A stretch of DNA of 64,000 nt from Paraphysomonas bandaiensis (taxonomy: Eukaryota > Protista > Chrysophyceae), in NCBI GenBank assembly GCA_965644295.1, contig CBFFRP010000463.1, positions 62,001 through 126,000 of the forward strand. Reading direction: 5' to 3'. Under the pieces are notes generated by a model. It was not told the DNA's origin. It searched no databases and worked only from the letters and a program-made list of their open reading frames with translations. A program made the position numbers and the translations under genes. This document shows, one piece after another, positions 28,297 to 41,292 of the stretch (its first letter is position 1; the number at the start of each line of letters is the position of its first letter).

Positions 28297-28725
28297 ATGG
28301 CTGAAGTATTATCAATGAGTCAATCAAATCATGCTCGTTCACCTAGCATCCCTAGAGACGAGAGTGTACGTGCCTTACGATCACTCTTAGCAGTTCCTCG
28401 TGTTATCGAGAGTCCACCTACTGTAACTTCCATTGGGAAATCACAATCACCGGTCGTTTCTAAGTCACCATCTCCTCCTCTATCTAGTGGAGCTGTTAAG
28501 TCGACCACTCGAACGAAGAAGAAGAAGAAACAGGCACATCCCGATACAACTTCTTTCTATGCTGGTTCAGCATTTCAGAATTCGCCAGACCCTGTGTCTA
28601 TACCATTACCGGTATTTGATGAGAATATCGGGGAACTTCAAAGTAGTTTGAACTTTGACAATGAAGGTCACTCTCCACCAGACAAAACTGTGATGTTGCG
28701 TCGACTTCTAAATGTCAAACACTAG
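28297..28725 (+). CDS. Small disordered protein with a PNRC/Edc1-type YAG motif (putative mRNA decapping activator)
   Basis: FYAGSAFQNSPDPVSIPLPVF matches the PNRC proline-rich motif; the C-terminus is LRRLLNV. Confidence 0.7.
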   Translation: MAEVLSMSQSNHARSPSIPRDESVRALRSLLAVPRVIESPPTVTSIGKSQSPVVSKSPSPPLSSGAVKSTTRTKKKKKQAHPDTTSFYAGSAFQNSPDPVSIPLPVFDENIGELQSSLNFDNEGHSPPDKTVMLRRLLNVKH

Positions 28726-29570
28726 ACTAGGTTATAGATTCAGTCGTTAGTATTATGTTGTTTCTGTACCGGACGTGTGTTTCGTAACTTTGGTTTAGTA
28801 CAAATAGTCACCTTCCAGTGGCATCCGCTGCTGGGTCGTATATTGAGTAGCGTATTGTATATATAGTTTTTATTATAGCATGTATCTGAACATTTATGTA
28901 TCTGAAGTGCCAAGTTTTGAGTTATATCGGCCATGCTCGAGCATGGATTGATATGTTATTACTTGTTATATTGCTTGGTTCTTATTTAGGCTTTTTATAT
29001 ATTTTATTCGTGATTTGAATTATTTCTCTGAGTTGTTGTACAGCTCAAATGTCAGTGTTATCCTCACTGACCTTCCTATTCACTCATTTCTGATCCGTTG
29101 TATTTCACTCATTCCATATCACTCTTTTTCCATTGTAAATAATCACTCATCCCATCCAAATCCATTTTTTTGACGTTGTATGTTGAATTCTGCCTGCATT
29201 TGTCAACAGAGATTGTTGTGAATAGATCTCCTGTAAGCTATTATATTGGCGTACAAAGTTTATTACATCGTATCACAGAGCAGTAGGAAAGTACTCAATG
29301 TATAGGACGTTTTGACATGAATACGAAATCCTTAGTACCAATTGTATTCGTTTTAACTTATAGTGACCTATTGATACTTAGTAATAACACATTGCTATTC
29401 CAGTTAACAACGTAATGTCCTACGGAACGGGACATCAGGATCCAAAAAACATGTTATTACAAACTAGGAGCAGCCTAGAGCTCGATCATTCACATCATAC
29501 TTGCGACGACTATTATTTAGTGTTCAATGCAAGAAATTTTAAATCGACGAGAAAAAATTAGAAACTATAA

Positions 29571-31320
29571 TCAGTTAGGCCAATAAATGTATTCATCGCC
29601 ATCGACATAGCGATCATGAAAAAGCTTATCGATGAGAATTGGTGTTTCTGATAGCGAGGGCCACAGTGGGTCATGTTGGGCTAAATTCACAGCTTGAAGT
29701 GAAGTCAACATCTCTTGAAGTTTATCGCGGTGACCTTCACTGTATGCCAAGTTTGTCTGTTCGGTGCTGTCAGCTTTTAAATCATAGAGCCACATTTTTA
29801 CAGGATTTGAGGACACCTGTAACTTCCAGTGTCCTTTCCTCAAAGCCATGTAATGGCCAGATCTCCAGAACAATTCATCATGTGCGTCTGATGATAAGTT
29901 CCCTTGCATATGCTGTAGTAGACTGACCCCATCGATACCATTCGGGACCTCAGCTCCAGCTGCATGTGCAATTGTAGGAAATATATCAATGTGACTCACT
30001 ACCCCATCAGATATCACTCCTTTGGGGACTCGCTGAGGCCACTGGACTAGCATCGGCACCCTGACCCCACCCTCGAAAAATGTCGCTTTCCATCCTCTAT
30101 ACGGCCGATTTAAGTCTGGCATCAAACCCACGCCACCATTGTCGTTAGTAAATATAACAATCGTGTTTTCGGTCAGACCATTATCACGGAGGGCATCTAA
30201 CACAGTACCCACTGCCCTATCAAGAGCTAGTAGCATAGCACCATAAACTCGCTGACAGTGAGATAGGTCTCCGTTCGGGTCGAGCGTCTTCACAGCCTCG
30301 TAGTCAGACTGTAGGGCCTGGAGTGGAGTGTGCATCGAGGTGAAAGCAAGGTACATAAAGAAAGGCATATCCTTGTTTGCGGTAATTGCATTGGCTGCCT
30401 CCTCCGCAAGATAGTCGCTAAGATAACCCTGGGGGGCGAAATGAGGACCACTGTCTTTGCTAACTTCGTATCTGACATTTGCCCAGAGGTATCGGTCAAA
30501 GAAGTCGTCAAATTCGCAGTTTACGCTTCTGCTGTCACCGAATGGCAAATATCGGGCTATAATATCGAATCCGAGTGTTTCATCAAATCCTCGGCTGAGA
30601 GGCCTGGAATGTTCATCGAAACCCAGATGCCTGTAATCCAACATAACTATCAGTATCGTCACACAAAGTACAGTTGCTAACGCACCACTTGCCAAGATGT
30701 ATGGAACGGTACCCGTGTTCCCTCAGTGCGGCTGGTATCATAACTTCAGAAGAAGGTACAGTCATATTCGCAGTAGAGAGACTTGCAGCGTTTTTCCTGT
30801 GGTAGATACCATGAAGTTTACCATTTCCCATCAGCGACCCTAGTATCCAAGACCCAGTAGATGACGCTGGGGTAAATTCGAATCCCACATTAGAAGCGTA
30901 TTTTCCGGTTAATAAAGCCGCTCTCGAGGGAGCACATGTCGCGTGTCCTAAAACAAAAATCAGCTTGTTTAAATTACATGAAATCGATTTACCAGCATAG
31001 GCATTCGTGAATGATATTCCATTCAGACCAATAGAATCTATATTAGGAGTCTTGATTTTACCATTATAGAACCCCCCACCATATCGTGTGATATCGTTAT
31101 ATCCAATATCATCCGTTAGAATTAACACCACGTTCGGCTTATTAGGGTCAATCTTATTCTCTTGCTGTAAAGGCTTCTTCCATGTAACAGGCTGGTTTTT
31201 ATTTATTGGGTATTGAATATACTCAATAAGGGCTGGTATGTATACCCAATATAAGTATATGATGCGCAATGACACAGCTAATAAGCCGATATACACACAG
31301 ATCTTGATGTTTTTATTCAT
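29571..31320 (-). CDS. Formylglycine-dependent (S1) sulfatase with N-terminal membrane anchor (3 exons)
   Basis: PNVVLILTDDIGYND, TPNID, TCAPSRAALLTG, GKWHLG (after splicing), HTPLQA, FTNDNGG, GWKATFFEGGVRVP. Confidence 0.95.
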
Positions 31321-31860
31321 TTCTATGGCAATCTATGTCTATCTATTAATGAGATCACTATGATTTTCTACAGTTATCCGGAATATATATCCAATGAAGG
31401 AATATATATGATCTATCAATAGTGTATTATTATGAGGAGATAACTCCATTGTATTGTATTGGAGTTTGAAGTAGAGAACTAGAGAGAAAGACGTACAGAC
31501 CTTGTTCTTCAATATACACTTCATTTCATACGAACTGCTGTGCTGGAATTCCTAGTTGTGGATCAGTAGGCCTAAAGTGGGTAAAAAATGGAGTTGCTGA
31601 CGATATAAAAATTGTGTCATATAAAAATTAAAAATTGTGTCGTTATATATGAAGATCTTACGACAATACAGAAGCAAATTATTTTTTTGAAAAAATTACA
31701 CTATATCTTTTTCTCTACTTTTTCTTTGTATTGGTTTGTATTGGCACATACAAGTACACATCCAGCAAGTAATCACACACACATAGTAGCTATCTCACAC
31801 ACATCATTATAACCACATCATATCCTCACATATTAAAATAGTAGTCACAATTAACTACAT

Positions 31861-33351
31861 ATGTCTCGATTCCATCTCAAATTTGGAGATGTCCCAAGAT
31901 ATCCCTTTGCAAACAAGGAGTTTAAAGTAGATATTCATCTTGTTGATGACACTGATTTGGGTCGACTTGTTTGTAGGTAGTGATCTGGTTATCTATTGAT
32001 GATCTATTATGACTAATATCAATATAATTGATGTAGAGAAGAAGTTCCTCTTAAATTAGAGCTCCGTTGTGTTACAAAGGATAAGAGTTTAACCCATTGT
32101 GACTGTCTGGTAAATATAGCCTACAGTATGTGTAACTGCTGATGTTTGTGGTGTTCTAGATTGTTCATAATGGTCCTCTTAGTATTGTCAATGGGACGTG
32201 TACTGCACGCATTACGATTACTTGTCTCTCAATGAACCAAGAAAATAAAAACTTTGTCCTCCTCGTGTCTCCACTTGATGTCATGAAAAATATAGAGCCT
32301 GCCATTTCTGGAGAAATGTTTGCAGTAAACTATCGAATATTACTTACTAATAATGAAGCGATGACGTGGTACAAGGATCAGGGAGGACAAAACAACTGCA
32401 TCGAGATTCCTCTACGTGTAGAGGACTGCAATGGTTGTAAAGAAAAAAGTACAAGGATACCACTAAAGGCGACTTTGTGCTATAAGGACGGCGGTGAAGT
32501 TTCGGTCCAGGGTATTTTGAAAATCAAAAGTGGGGATACTGTAGTGGAAGGCTCTACTGTATTGCGGTTACGTATTGAGGAGGTATCTCGAAGTCATAGG
32601 GGAAGAGCATTTGTAGTTCGGATCGCCCCTATCACAAAGGATAACCCTCTGAATAATGCCATCAGTCCAGCTGTGACAGATGGCATTTTTGTTATGTCAA
32701 AAAGCCGCCCTACCATCAAAGGAGGTGACAAACCTACCGACAAAGGGGGTGACAGAAAGCGGGGGGCCGAGGTTGCAGTATCACTGACGAGAGAAGATTG
32801 TCTTCGCCATCGGACAGAGAAAATAGACAATGAGCCTTCCATGGCCATGCCCTCTCGAATTCCCTCCTGTGTACGTAGCCCTTCCGAATCCAGTGCAATT
32901 TTTAAGAATCTCATGGAGTGGGCGCAGTCCACAATGACAGAAATCGAGAAGCTGCAGTGGATAAGATGTGGAGTAGATGACGAAACAATGGAACCGATAT
33001 ATAGAAGGCGGAACCCGAATAAATCTATTAGAAATCTTGTGGAACGGTACGGTAGTTCTGTGACATATTTGTATCTGATATGGGTGCAGATTTAACAATT
33101 CGGCCGTGCCTGCCTTTGATGTGCTTTGGCGTGATTGTTTCAGTGCGAGTTATGATGAAAATAATACTGTTTCTGACAGTGCCGAGTCTTCTAAGTCGAA
33201 TGGCTCAAGTATGTTGGGTTATAGTGGTAATGCTAATGATGGCGACGCGGTGGATACACAGATTCCAGCGTTGGAACAAATTCCATCGCTGAGTGAACTA
33301 GGTACTTTTGATATTGATGATATGCTTCCTCTCCCAAACCGAAACCTTTAG
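31861..33351 (+). CDS. Multi-exon protein with two related beta-rich domains, possibly a CudA-like DNA-binding fold
   Basis: ATG at 31861 and short introns; domains contain RITITCLSMNQENKNFVLLVSP and RLRIEEVSRSHRGRAFVVRIAP...IFVMSK; acidic C-terminal tail; family call tentative. Confidence 0.5.
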
Positions 33352-36103
33352 TAGTACTTCGAAACAGTAAAACCGGGCGAAAAATGGACGCAATGTAATA
33401 TCTGGATACCACAAGCAATCCAGTAAAATTGCGGTGAACAATTTCCATCATTCATTCTAACGTGCTGCATTGATTTGCTTCACTACCACTAATCAACGAT
33501 ATATAATCTTAAAGAGCTGCGATCTTCTACAGCTACTATATTTCAGCTTACTTATTACGTTTTGTAGCACATCATTAAATAGTTTGATCTTTCAAGATAT
33601 GTTTAGTAACGAGAGGTTCACATATGTAGGAGATTATGCGTGGAGGAAAATGAGATTGTATTGTCTATCACTCTTTCGTGTAAACGATATGAATTAATCT
33701 ATCTAGTCTAACGACAAATTCTCTCTGAGATCTAGTTAAGAATGAGCAACTTCCAACAGCGTAATTGCCCAACTTTAGGAAAAATCAGGACTCCCTTTAT
33801 ATTCAGTGTAACTGACAGATACGCAACCATCCATGCTGAAAAATCTGGTGGGCGTATGACCCGAACTTCCAGCTATCCCCTCTCTCAACACAGTGTATAC
33901 GTTCTGATTCATCTTGTTGTTTCCTTCGTTATTCGATCGTCACACCGTAGAGTGTAGTTCTTGCCGTCGATTGCCTTATTGGCAACTCCCCTATACTCAG
34001 TTGAATTCTGATTTGTGACTACCACCCAGTGATATGCTGTTCCTAGTAATCAGAGAAGAAATATACATCGTAAATTTTGGATTAGTATTAGTTAAGCCAG
34101 TCAACATAGTAAATTGCAACGAGCGACGATAAATGATTATTAAAATTTTAATTAGTTGAAAGTGTGCTTTTTAGAGTTCCGATACCGACTTAAAAGGGTC
34201 ATACTCCTACTTAATTAACGTACGTGCTAACAATATTTAAAATTAGTTGAAGCAGGACTCTGATCTGAAGTACAGTTTTTTTATCAAGTGTCAGTTTTAA
34301 ACTCGGCACTTTTAAACTCATCAGTCGTTGACACAATAGCAGCAATTGGTGTACGACCTGTGAACTTATCAACTATCCTTCTGGTCTATACGCCTCTTTC
34401 TAGTTCACAATGAACTCCCGCAAAGGAATGTCATACCGGAAGGATTAAAAGCAATTGCAGGGATATATAAAAATGAAAAAATGTTGTCGGTGTTCATAGT
34501 GACGCACTCGAAATCATGTTTGGCGGTAATGAATATACATAGATGAGTCATTTCTCTTATTCTACAAAGCAACTGTGCTATCTAGATTGGAAATATTGGA
34601 ATTGGAATGACATCTTCCGCACTTGCCGATAGCACGTTCTACAACTGCGATGTAACATAACATGCCATCGAAATCATGAGCTCTCCTCTTATAATTATGA
34701 TACTATGAGACGTTTCTATCGATGCATGTAATAAGTACTCGTGTCCCTAGCACGGTGACAAATTTTCACTTAAAAAATACAACCACAACCAATCTTTTCC
34801 TACGTGGTGAGGATTCCACCTTTCTAAACTTCAATTAATTTTCTCACGGAGTCAATGAGCTCTGACCGCACGGCTGTCGCAAACACTTGAGAGGTTGTCA
34901 CTGTACCGTCCAAAGCTACAGGGAAACAACGTGTCACATAAAGTTCAAAACTATCAATGTATTTGTCAAAGGGGGCCGATAGCAGCCACAAGTATGGCAT
35001 TGTGGCCGTAGTACGTCGTACAAGGATCTAGATACCCGGATATCCAACACCCCGGAAATAATCAGCTGTGTACAGAGTCCACCATATCCACACCTCTACA
35101 AAAATATAATTTATTTAGGGCACTAATTATAGTGAGACAAAAAACAAACAACAAAAGACATTCTTTTCAGAAAAATTGTTTTTGTCTATTTTCGAGAGCT
35201 AACCGCCATTTGTGGCCTGATGCACACATCTTTCAAATAATAGTGAATCGAAGGCATAGATTGTGAATATGGTGTTAATGCAAGTATTAAAATTGTGTTA
35301 GGCAATACAGTTTGTGATATGCTCATGTACTCTTAAAAAAACAGTTCTAGAAATGAAGTCAACGTTAGTAATTAGCTACGGACTACTTATATATATATTA
35401 ATACTATTGCAATATATTGTAGTATATATATTGCAATACATTGTAATAGTATCAATAGACTCTTAAAAAACAATTGAACTAGGTATTGATGGGAAGATAT
35501 GTCACAATAGTATTGCAATATATTGTTCCCTAGCCCTGATATACACTTCATGTGTGCCGTATGCATAAAACAGAGACATGACATATCTACATATCGCACA
35601 ACATATGTAACAGAAACATATATAAGCTTGAAGTATATATATGGCATATATACATAGATGTTTGAAGTGTATATGTGTCACAGACGTGTATTTGTGTGTG
35701 AAGTACTCATATGACACACATATATATATATGCAGTACATTTATGACAGAGACGCATACATATATATATGGGCAGCATGTATGTAACAGAGACTTATATA
35801 TGTGACATATACTGACTGTTTGTACAGCTTTTGGCATGTAGTTTCTTAACCCTGCTTTTTGTTACTTCGACGTAAAGTATGAAATATACTGTACATACAG
35901 CAGAGCATCTATAAAAGTACATGTATGTATCCACAATATCCAGCATATGGATATCCACTCGCTCCTACGACAACATTCAACAACAGAGTATGCCAACATC
36001 TACTCATACACATACATGTACATATACATTATGATATATATATATATATATATAGTACCGTCTTTGTTGTTTCGTGTAGTCTTTACAAGAACATACAAAC
36101 AGA

Positions 36104-37690
36104 ATGCCTAGTAATTACTTCGAATGTAAGTACTGTGAGAGAAAATTCCAATCAAAACGAACATTAAATGAGCATACAACCAGAGTGCATTTCAATTATT
36201 TTGAGTGTACGATATGCCACATAACACTCACAACAGACGAGGAATTAAACAGACATCGAAAAGAAGATCATCCCAAGTGCTTCGAATGTACTGAATGTAA
36301 CTGCAAATTCAGATCAGAAGGAGCATTAGATGATCATACAACCAGAGTTCATTTGAATCATTTTGAGTGTGCGAAATGTCACGCAACATTTACAACAAAC
36401 GATGAATTGCACAAACATCGAAAAGAAGATCATGCTATCATACGCTTCAAATGTGCTAAATGTAAACGCAAATTTAAAACAGAAGGAGAATTAGAGAGGC
36501 ATACAAAGAGAGTTCATTTGAATCAATTTGAGTGTGCGATATGTCACATAACATTCACAACAAACGATGAATTGAAGTTGCATATAAGAGAAGAAGCTCA
36601 TCATACCAAACCCTTCAAATGTACTGAATGTAACCGCGAATTGAAATCAGAAAGAGCATTACAGGATCATACAAACAATATGCATAAAATGAAACAACTT
36701 GAGTGTACGATATGTCACATAACATTCACAACAAACGATGAATTGAACAGACATCGAAAAGAGTATTTGAATCGTTTTGAGTGTGCTGAATGTGGCCGCA
36801 AATTTAAATCAAAACTAGCATTAGAGGCACATACGAACACTTTGCATTTGAAACAATTTAAGTGTGATGAATGTAACCGCAAATTTAAATCAGAAGGAGA
36901 ATTAGAGAGGCATACAAAGACAGTTCATTTGAATCAATTTGAGTGTACAATATGCCACTTAGCACTCACAACAAACAAAGAATTGAAGATGCATATAAGA
37001 GAAGGAGATCATGTTTTCAAATGCACTATGCATATGAATCAATTTAAGTGTGAGTGTTGTGACCAAACCTTTAGCACTGAAGTCGATTTAGAAGAGCATA
37101 TCAATACTGTGCATATGAATCAATTTAAGTGTGAGTGTTGTGACCAAACCTTTAGAACTGAAGTCGAATTAGAGGAGCATATCAACACTGCGCATATAAA
37201 TTTCTTCGAGTGTCAGTATTGTGGTCGAAAGTTCAAATCTACCAGAGCATTAACGTTGCATACAGACAGAGTGCATTTGAATCATTTTGAGTGTAAGCCT
37301 TGTCACATAACATTCAGAGGAAAAGTTGCATTGAATAGGCATATAAGAGAAGAGCATACCAAACTCTTCGAGTGCAATATTTGTGACCAGAACTTCATAT
37401 CTAAAAGAGCATTAAAGCGGCATACAAAGAGAATGCATAGGGATCAATTTAAGTGTGAATGTTGTGTCCAAACCTTTAGAACTGAAGTCGAATTAGAGGA
37501 GCATATCAATGCTGTGAAAATGAATCTAATCAAGCATGAGTGTTGTGACCAAACCTTTAGAACTGAAGTCGAATTAGAAGAGCATATCAATACTTTGCAT
37601 GTGGATTACTTCAGGTGCGAGTGTTGTGACCAAACCTTTAGAACTGAAGTCGATTTAGAAGAGCATATCAATACTGTGCATATGAATTAA
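36104..37690 (+). CDS. Poly-C2H2 zinc-finger protein (~18-19 fingers), ended by a premature stop
   Basis: Repeated F.C..C...F.....L..H....H units across 528 aa; the TAA at 37688 corresponds to CAA in the duplicated segment at 37121. Confidence 0.9.
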   Translation: MPSNYFECKYCERKFQSKRTLNEHTTRVHFNYFECTICHITLTTDEELNRHRKEDHPKCFECTECNCKFRSEGALDDHTTRVHLNHFECAKCHATFTTNDELHKHRKEDHAIIRFKCAKCKRKFKTEGELERHTKRVHLNQFECAICHITFTTNDELKLHIREEAHHTKPFKCTECNRELKSERALQDHTNNMHKMKQLECTICHITFTTNDELNRHRKEYLNRFECAECGRKFKSKLALEAHTNTLHLKQFKCDECNRKFKSEGELERHTKTVHLNQFECTICHLALTTNKELKMHIREGDHVFKCTMHMNQFKCECCDQTFSTEVDLEEHINTVHMNQFKCECCDQTFRTEVELEEHINTAHINFFECQYCGRKFKSTRALTLHTDRVHLNHFECKPCHITFRGKVALNRHIREEHTKLFECNICDQNFISKRALKRHTKRMHRDQFKCECCVQTFRTEVELEEHINAVKMNLIKHECCDQTFRTEVELEEHINTLHVDYFRCECCDQTFRTEVDLEEHINTVHMN

Positions 37691-39780
37691 TTTAAGTGTG
37701 AGTGTTGTGACCAAACCTTTAGAACTGAAGTCGAATTAGAGGAGCATATCAACACTGCGCATATAAATTTCTTCGAGTGTCAGTATTGTGGTCGAAAGTT
37801 CAAATCTACCAGAGCATTAACGTTGCATACAGACAGAGTGCATTTGAATCATTTTGAGTGTAAGCCTTGTCACATAACATTCAGAGGAAAAGCTGCATTG
37901 AATAGGCATATAAGAGAAGAGCATACCAAACTCTTCGAGTGCAATATTTGTGACCAGAACTTCATATCTAAAAGAGCATATGAGCAGCATGCAAACAATT
38001 CACATATGCATTACTTCGAGTGTCAGTATTGTGGTCAGAACTTCATATATCTAAAAGAGCATTAAAGCGGCATACAAAGAGAATGCATATGAATATTTTC
38101 GAGTGTGAATGTTGTGACCAAACCTTTAGAACTGAAGTCAAATTAGAGGAGCATATCAATACTTTGCATGTGAATTACTTCGAATGTCAGTATATTGTAA
38201 AAAACAATTCAGATCTAACAGGGTATTAAAGCGGCATGCAAACACCGTGCACTCGAATCAATTTGAGTGCAAGCACTGTCACATATATCATTCAGAGCAA
38301 AAGTTGCACTGAAGAGGCATATAAGAGATAAGCATACCAAACCCATAGAGTGTGACTATTATTATAGCCGGAAATTTAGATCAAAAGGAGCATTAAAGCG
38401 ATATACAAAGGGAGTGCATTCGTATAGCTTCCAGTGCAATTATTGTGACCGTATATTCAAATCTGAAAGCGCACAATACGAGTTGCACCCTCTGGAACCA
38501 GACTTATTTTCTGGGATACCTTTGAAGGAGCTAAGGGATACTGGGGGTGTATCGTAATGAATTCATTAAAGACAAAGGATTTGGAATGTTTAAATGCTCA
38601 TCTTGCTCACGTGCTTGGATATCTGCCCATGTCCGTAGCGAACAATACAATTAAAATTGCCACAAATGCGAAGTATCCGTTGCCCCATATATTATGTGGA
38701 TATCTACAGAAGAACATGAGTCTCACCTGCACACGATACCACATGATGCTCCATGATGTGATGCATGCATTGCAGGAGACTATTGCACTACTCTGTGAAT
38801 TACTTCGAGTAGGCCTGTTTTGTCACCAAATCTTTACAACTGAAGTCGATTTAGAGGATCATATCAATCCCATGCATTCGATACATATTGAGTATAAGAA
38901 ATGTCACATATAACAATCACAACAAGCGATGCATTGAAGAAGCATCGACAAGAGAAGAGCACACCAAGCGCTTCAAATATGCTGAATGTGATCGCAAATT
39001 TAAATCAAAAGGAGGATTAGAGGATTATACAAACACTATGTATGTGGATTACTTCGAATGTCAGTATTGTGACTGCAATTTAGATCCAAAGGAGCATTGG
39101 AGCAACATATCAACACTATACATGTGAATTACTTTAAATGTCAGTGTTGTGACCAAACCTTCCGATCTAAAAGACCATTAAATATGAGCATATCAGTACA
39201 ATGCATATGGATATCTTCGATTGTAGGTGTTGCCTTTTTAGAAAAGAGATTTAGCGGATCATATCAATACTATGCATTATTCTTATTTCGATTGTCAGTA
39301 TTATGACAGAAAATTCAGATCTAACAGAGTATTGAAGCGGCATACGAACAGAGTGCATTCGAATCAATTTAAGTGCAAGCACTGTCAACTGTCACATGTC
39401 ATTCACTACAAATATCGCTCCAAGCATCATCCTACGCAGATTAAATTGGCGGTATGGCTATGTTCATAGCAAAATAGGAAAAGACGGATATTGGCGGGGA
39501 AGGTGCGGGACACCAGGGTATGTGGCACCGAATTACATCGAGTGTGAGGGTTGTGACCAAACCTTTAGAACTGAAGTCGATTGAGCATATCAGCACTATG
39601 CATTTGAATCCAGTACAGTGTGAGTATTGTGACCAAACCATTGAAACTGAAGTCGAATTATTATAGTAGAGTATTATGAAGGTTGTGACCAAACCTTTAG
39701 ATCTGAAGTCGAATTGGAGGAGAATAGCAATACTAAGCATAATCAAACCTTTAGAGCTGATGTCGATTTAGAGGAGGTAT
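37691..39780 (+). pseudogene. Decayed continuation of the zinc-finger array with frameshifts and foreign inserts
   Basis: The same finger-coding units (tgtgaccaaacctttagaactgaagtcga) continue in shifting frames; non-finger inserts at ~38475-38790 and ~39400-39530. Confidence 0.88.
39400..39530 (+). pseudogene. Protein kinase fragment (subdomains VII-VIII)
   Basis: HPTQIKLA-frameshift-YG...RGRCGTPGYVAP is a CAMK-type activation segment. Confidence 0.7.
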
Positions 39781-39947
39781 TTGAATCGAGTAGAGTTAAA
39801 CTAAACCATAGTCTGTAGTCTGTAACCATAGTCTCAATCCAATGATATAAAATTGAATTATTACAACACTGAGTAAACCAATCACGGTACCCCTCTATTC
39901 TATAGTTTCCTTAGATAAAGTATCGGCATATGTGTACAATTCGCTAC

Positions 39948-40321
39948 CTAACGAGTTACAGAACTATAATAATCGATACTATTTGTATCTATCGAACAAA
40001 TACTACAATACGCATGGAATGTATTTTGCGAACCACTGCCGAACGCGAATGAGCTACACTTTCCTCTTTCGCCTAGATGCCCTCCACTACCATGCTGATG
40101 TGGCCATATCCTATCTTTAATCTGCGAATTGAATACATCACATGCTGCAAACATCTTACCGTAGTCGGAGCACACAGGCACAGAATAGGTGGTAGACTTC
40201 GTGAAAGTGATCTATGATAAGCATTGTACAAGGCGGTATATTTCTTGCCATCCTTGGTATAAGAATGAACTATGAGTTCTTTACGCTGTTGATCCCACAC
40301 TCCAACGATACACTTGTACAA
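39948..40321 (-). mobile_element. Possible piggyBac-like transposase relic
   Basis: PVCSDYGKMFAACDVFNSQI resembles the piggyBac P....YN..M..VD..D segment; frames are broken. Confidence 0.4.
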
Positions 40322-40879
40322 AGAAACCTGTATTATGCGACTTGTACAATATACCGCTAAAATAACTTAAGTGATGTGTGTTGGGTTCTGCTGTTTAAGC
40401 AAGTAAAAGCTGTAATTATAAGGTATTGGAATTATGACAGTTACTCGAAGAATACAGTAGTGATTAACAGTAGAATGAGAAGTAATGAGTACTGAATATA
40501 TATTGACCATACAAGAATATAGTGACGATGTAAGATCGTACTAGAAATGAGTGGTAGTAGCATATTGCTTATTATAGTTAGTATGCTTTTTATAATATTA
40601 ACATGATCAATGAGTGAATATACGTTCAGTTAACTTAGTAAATCATCCAATTGTGTCATAACTTGACAATGTGGTGTATCCATGTGAGGTGAATAGTAAG
40701 CTGTCTCTTCATCTCTGATACACTTGTACGGTGCCAATATATATGAGCTGAAAGAGTGAATTAGAAGTCATTCAATAAATTTAAATCCGACAGATGATAA
40801 TAAAATTTGCCTTTATAGTGGATGCATAGCACACAACTGGACTCCTCAGATATCACCTTTGCCCAATAGATACATAACC

Positions 40880-41292
40880 AAAAATATTCTTAGATTTTCG
40901 TGGTAGGAATCGTCAGTATTGTTGACTGGCTGATACTTCTCCATGAAGAACCGTGGCAGCTTCCCATCCCCACCTGGGGTTGTAAAGAAAGGAACGAGCT
41001 GCATCGGCATTCGCAGTCTGAATAATAGTCTCGGCCTGATGAGGGTCAGTAATGAGACCCACTACCACAGTCACTAATCGTGTTTGATCCTTTATTACCT
41101 TAGCAAACGGGATCTGGTAATTAGCTTCTACTTTAATCTGTTGCTTTGGTGATATACCACCCGAAGAAACATATATATAATCACAGTCTCGGTCACGCAG
41201 CTCTCCAGCAAGTTCCACTGATTGTTACAATGTCCATCCTTCGCCTTGTTCCTCCAACCAATCTGTGGCTGAAATTCTCAACCCCAAAATAC
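40880..41292 (-). pseudogene. C-terminal fragment of an NADH:flavin oxidoreductase (Old Yellow Enzyme, YqjM/NamA type)
   Basis: ILGLRISATDWLE...GWTL*QSVELA...YVSSGGISPKQQI...YQIPFAKVIK...VGLITDPHQAE...ARSFLYNPRWGWEAA...QY*R; two in-frame stops and no N-terminal half. Confidence 0.88.

Noticed and set aside
35387-36100. Tyr/Ile/Cys/His-rich ORFs here and in other intergenic tracts (e.g. 720-1079, 15941-16225, 21197-21533)
   Set aside because: Artefacts of TA/CA/TG-alternating low-complexity DNA
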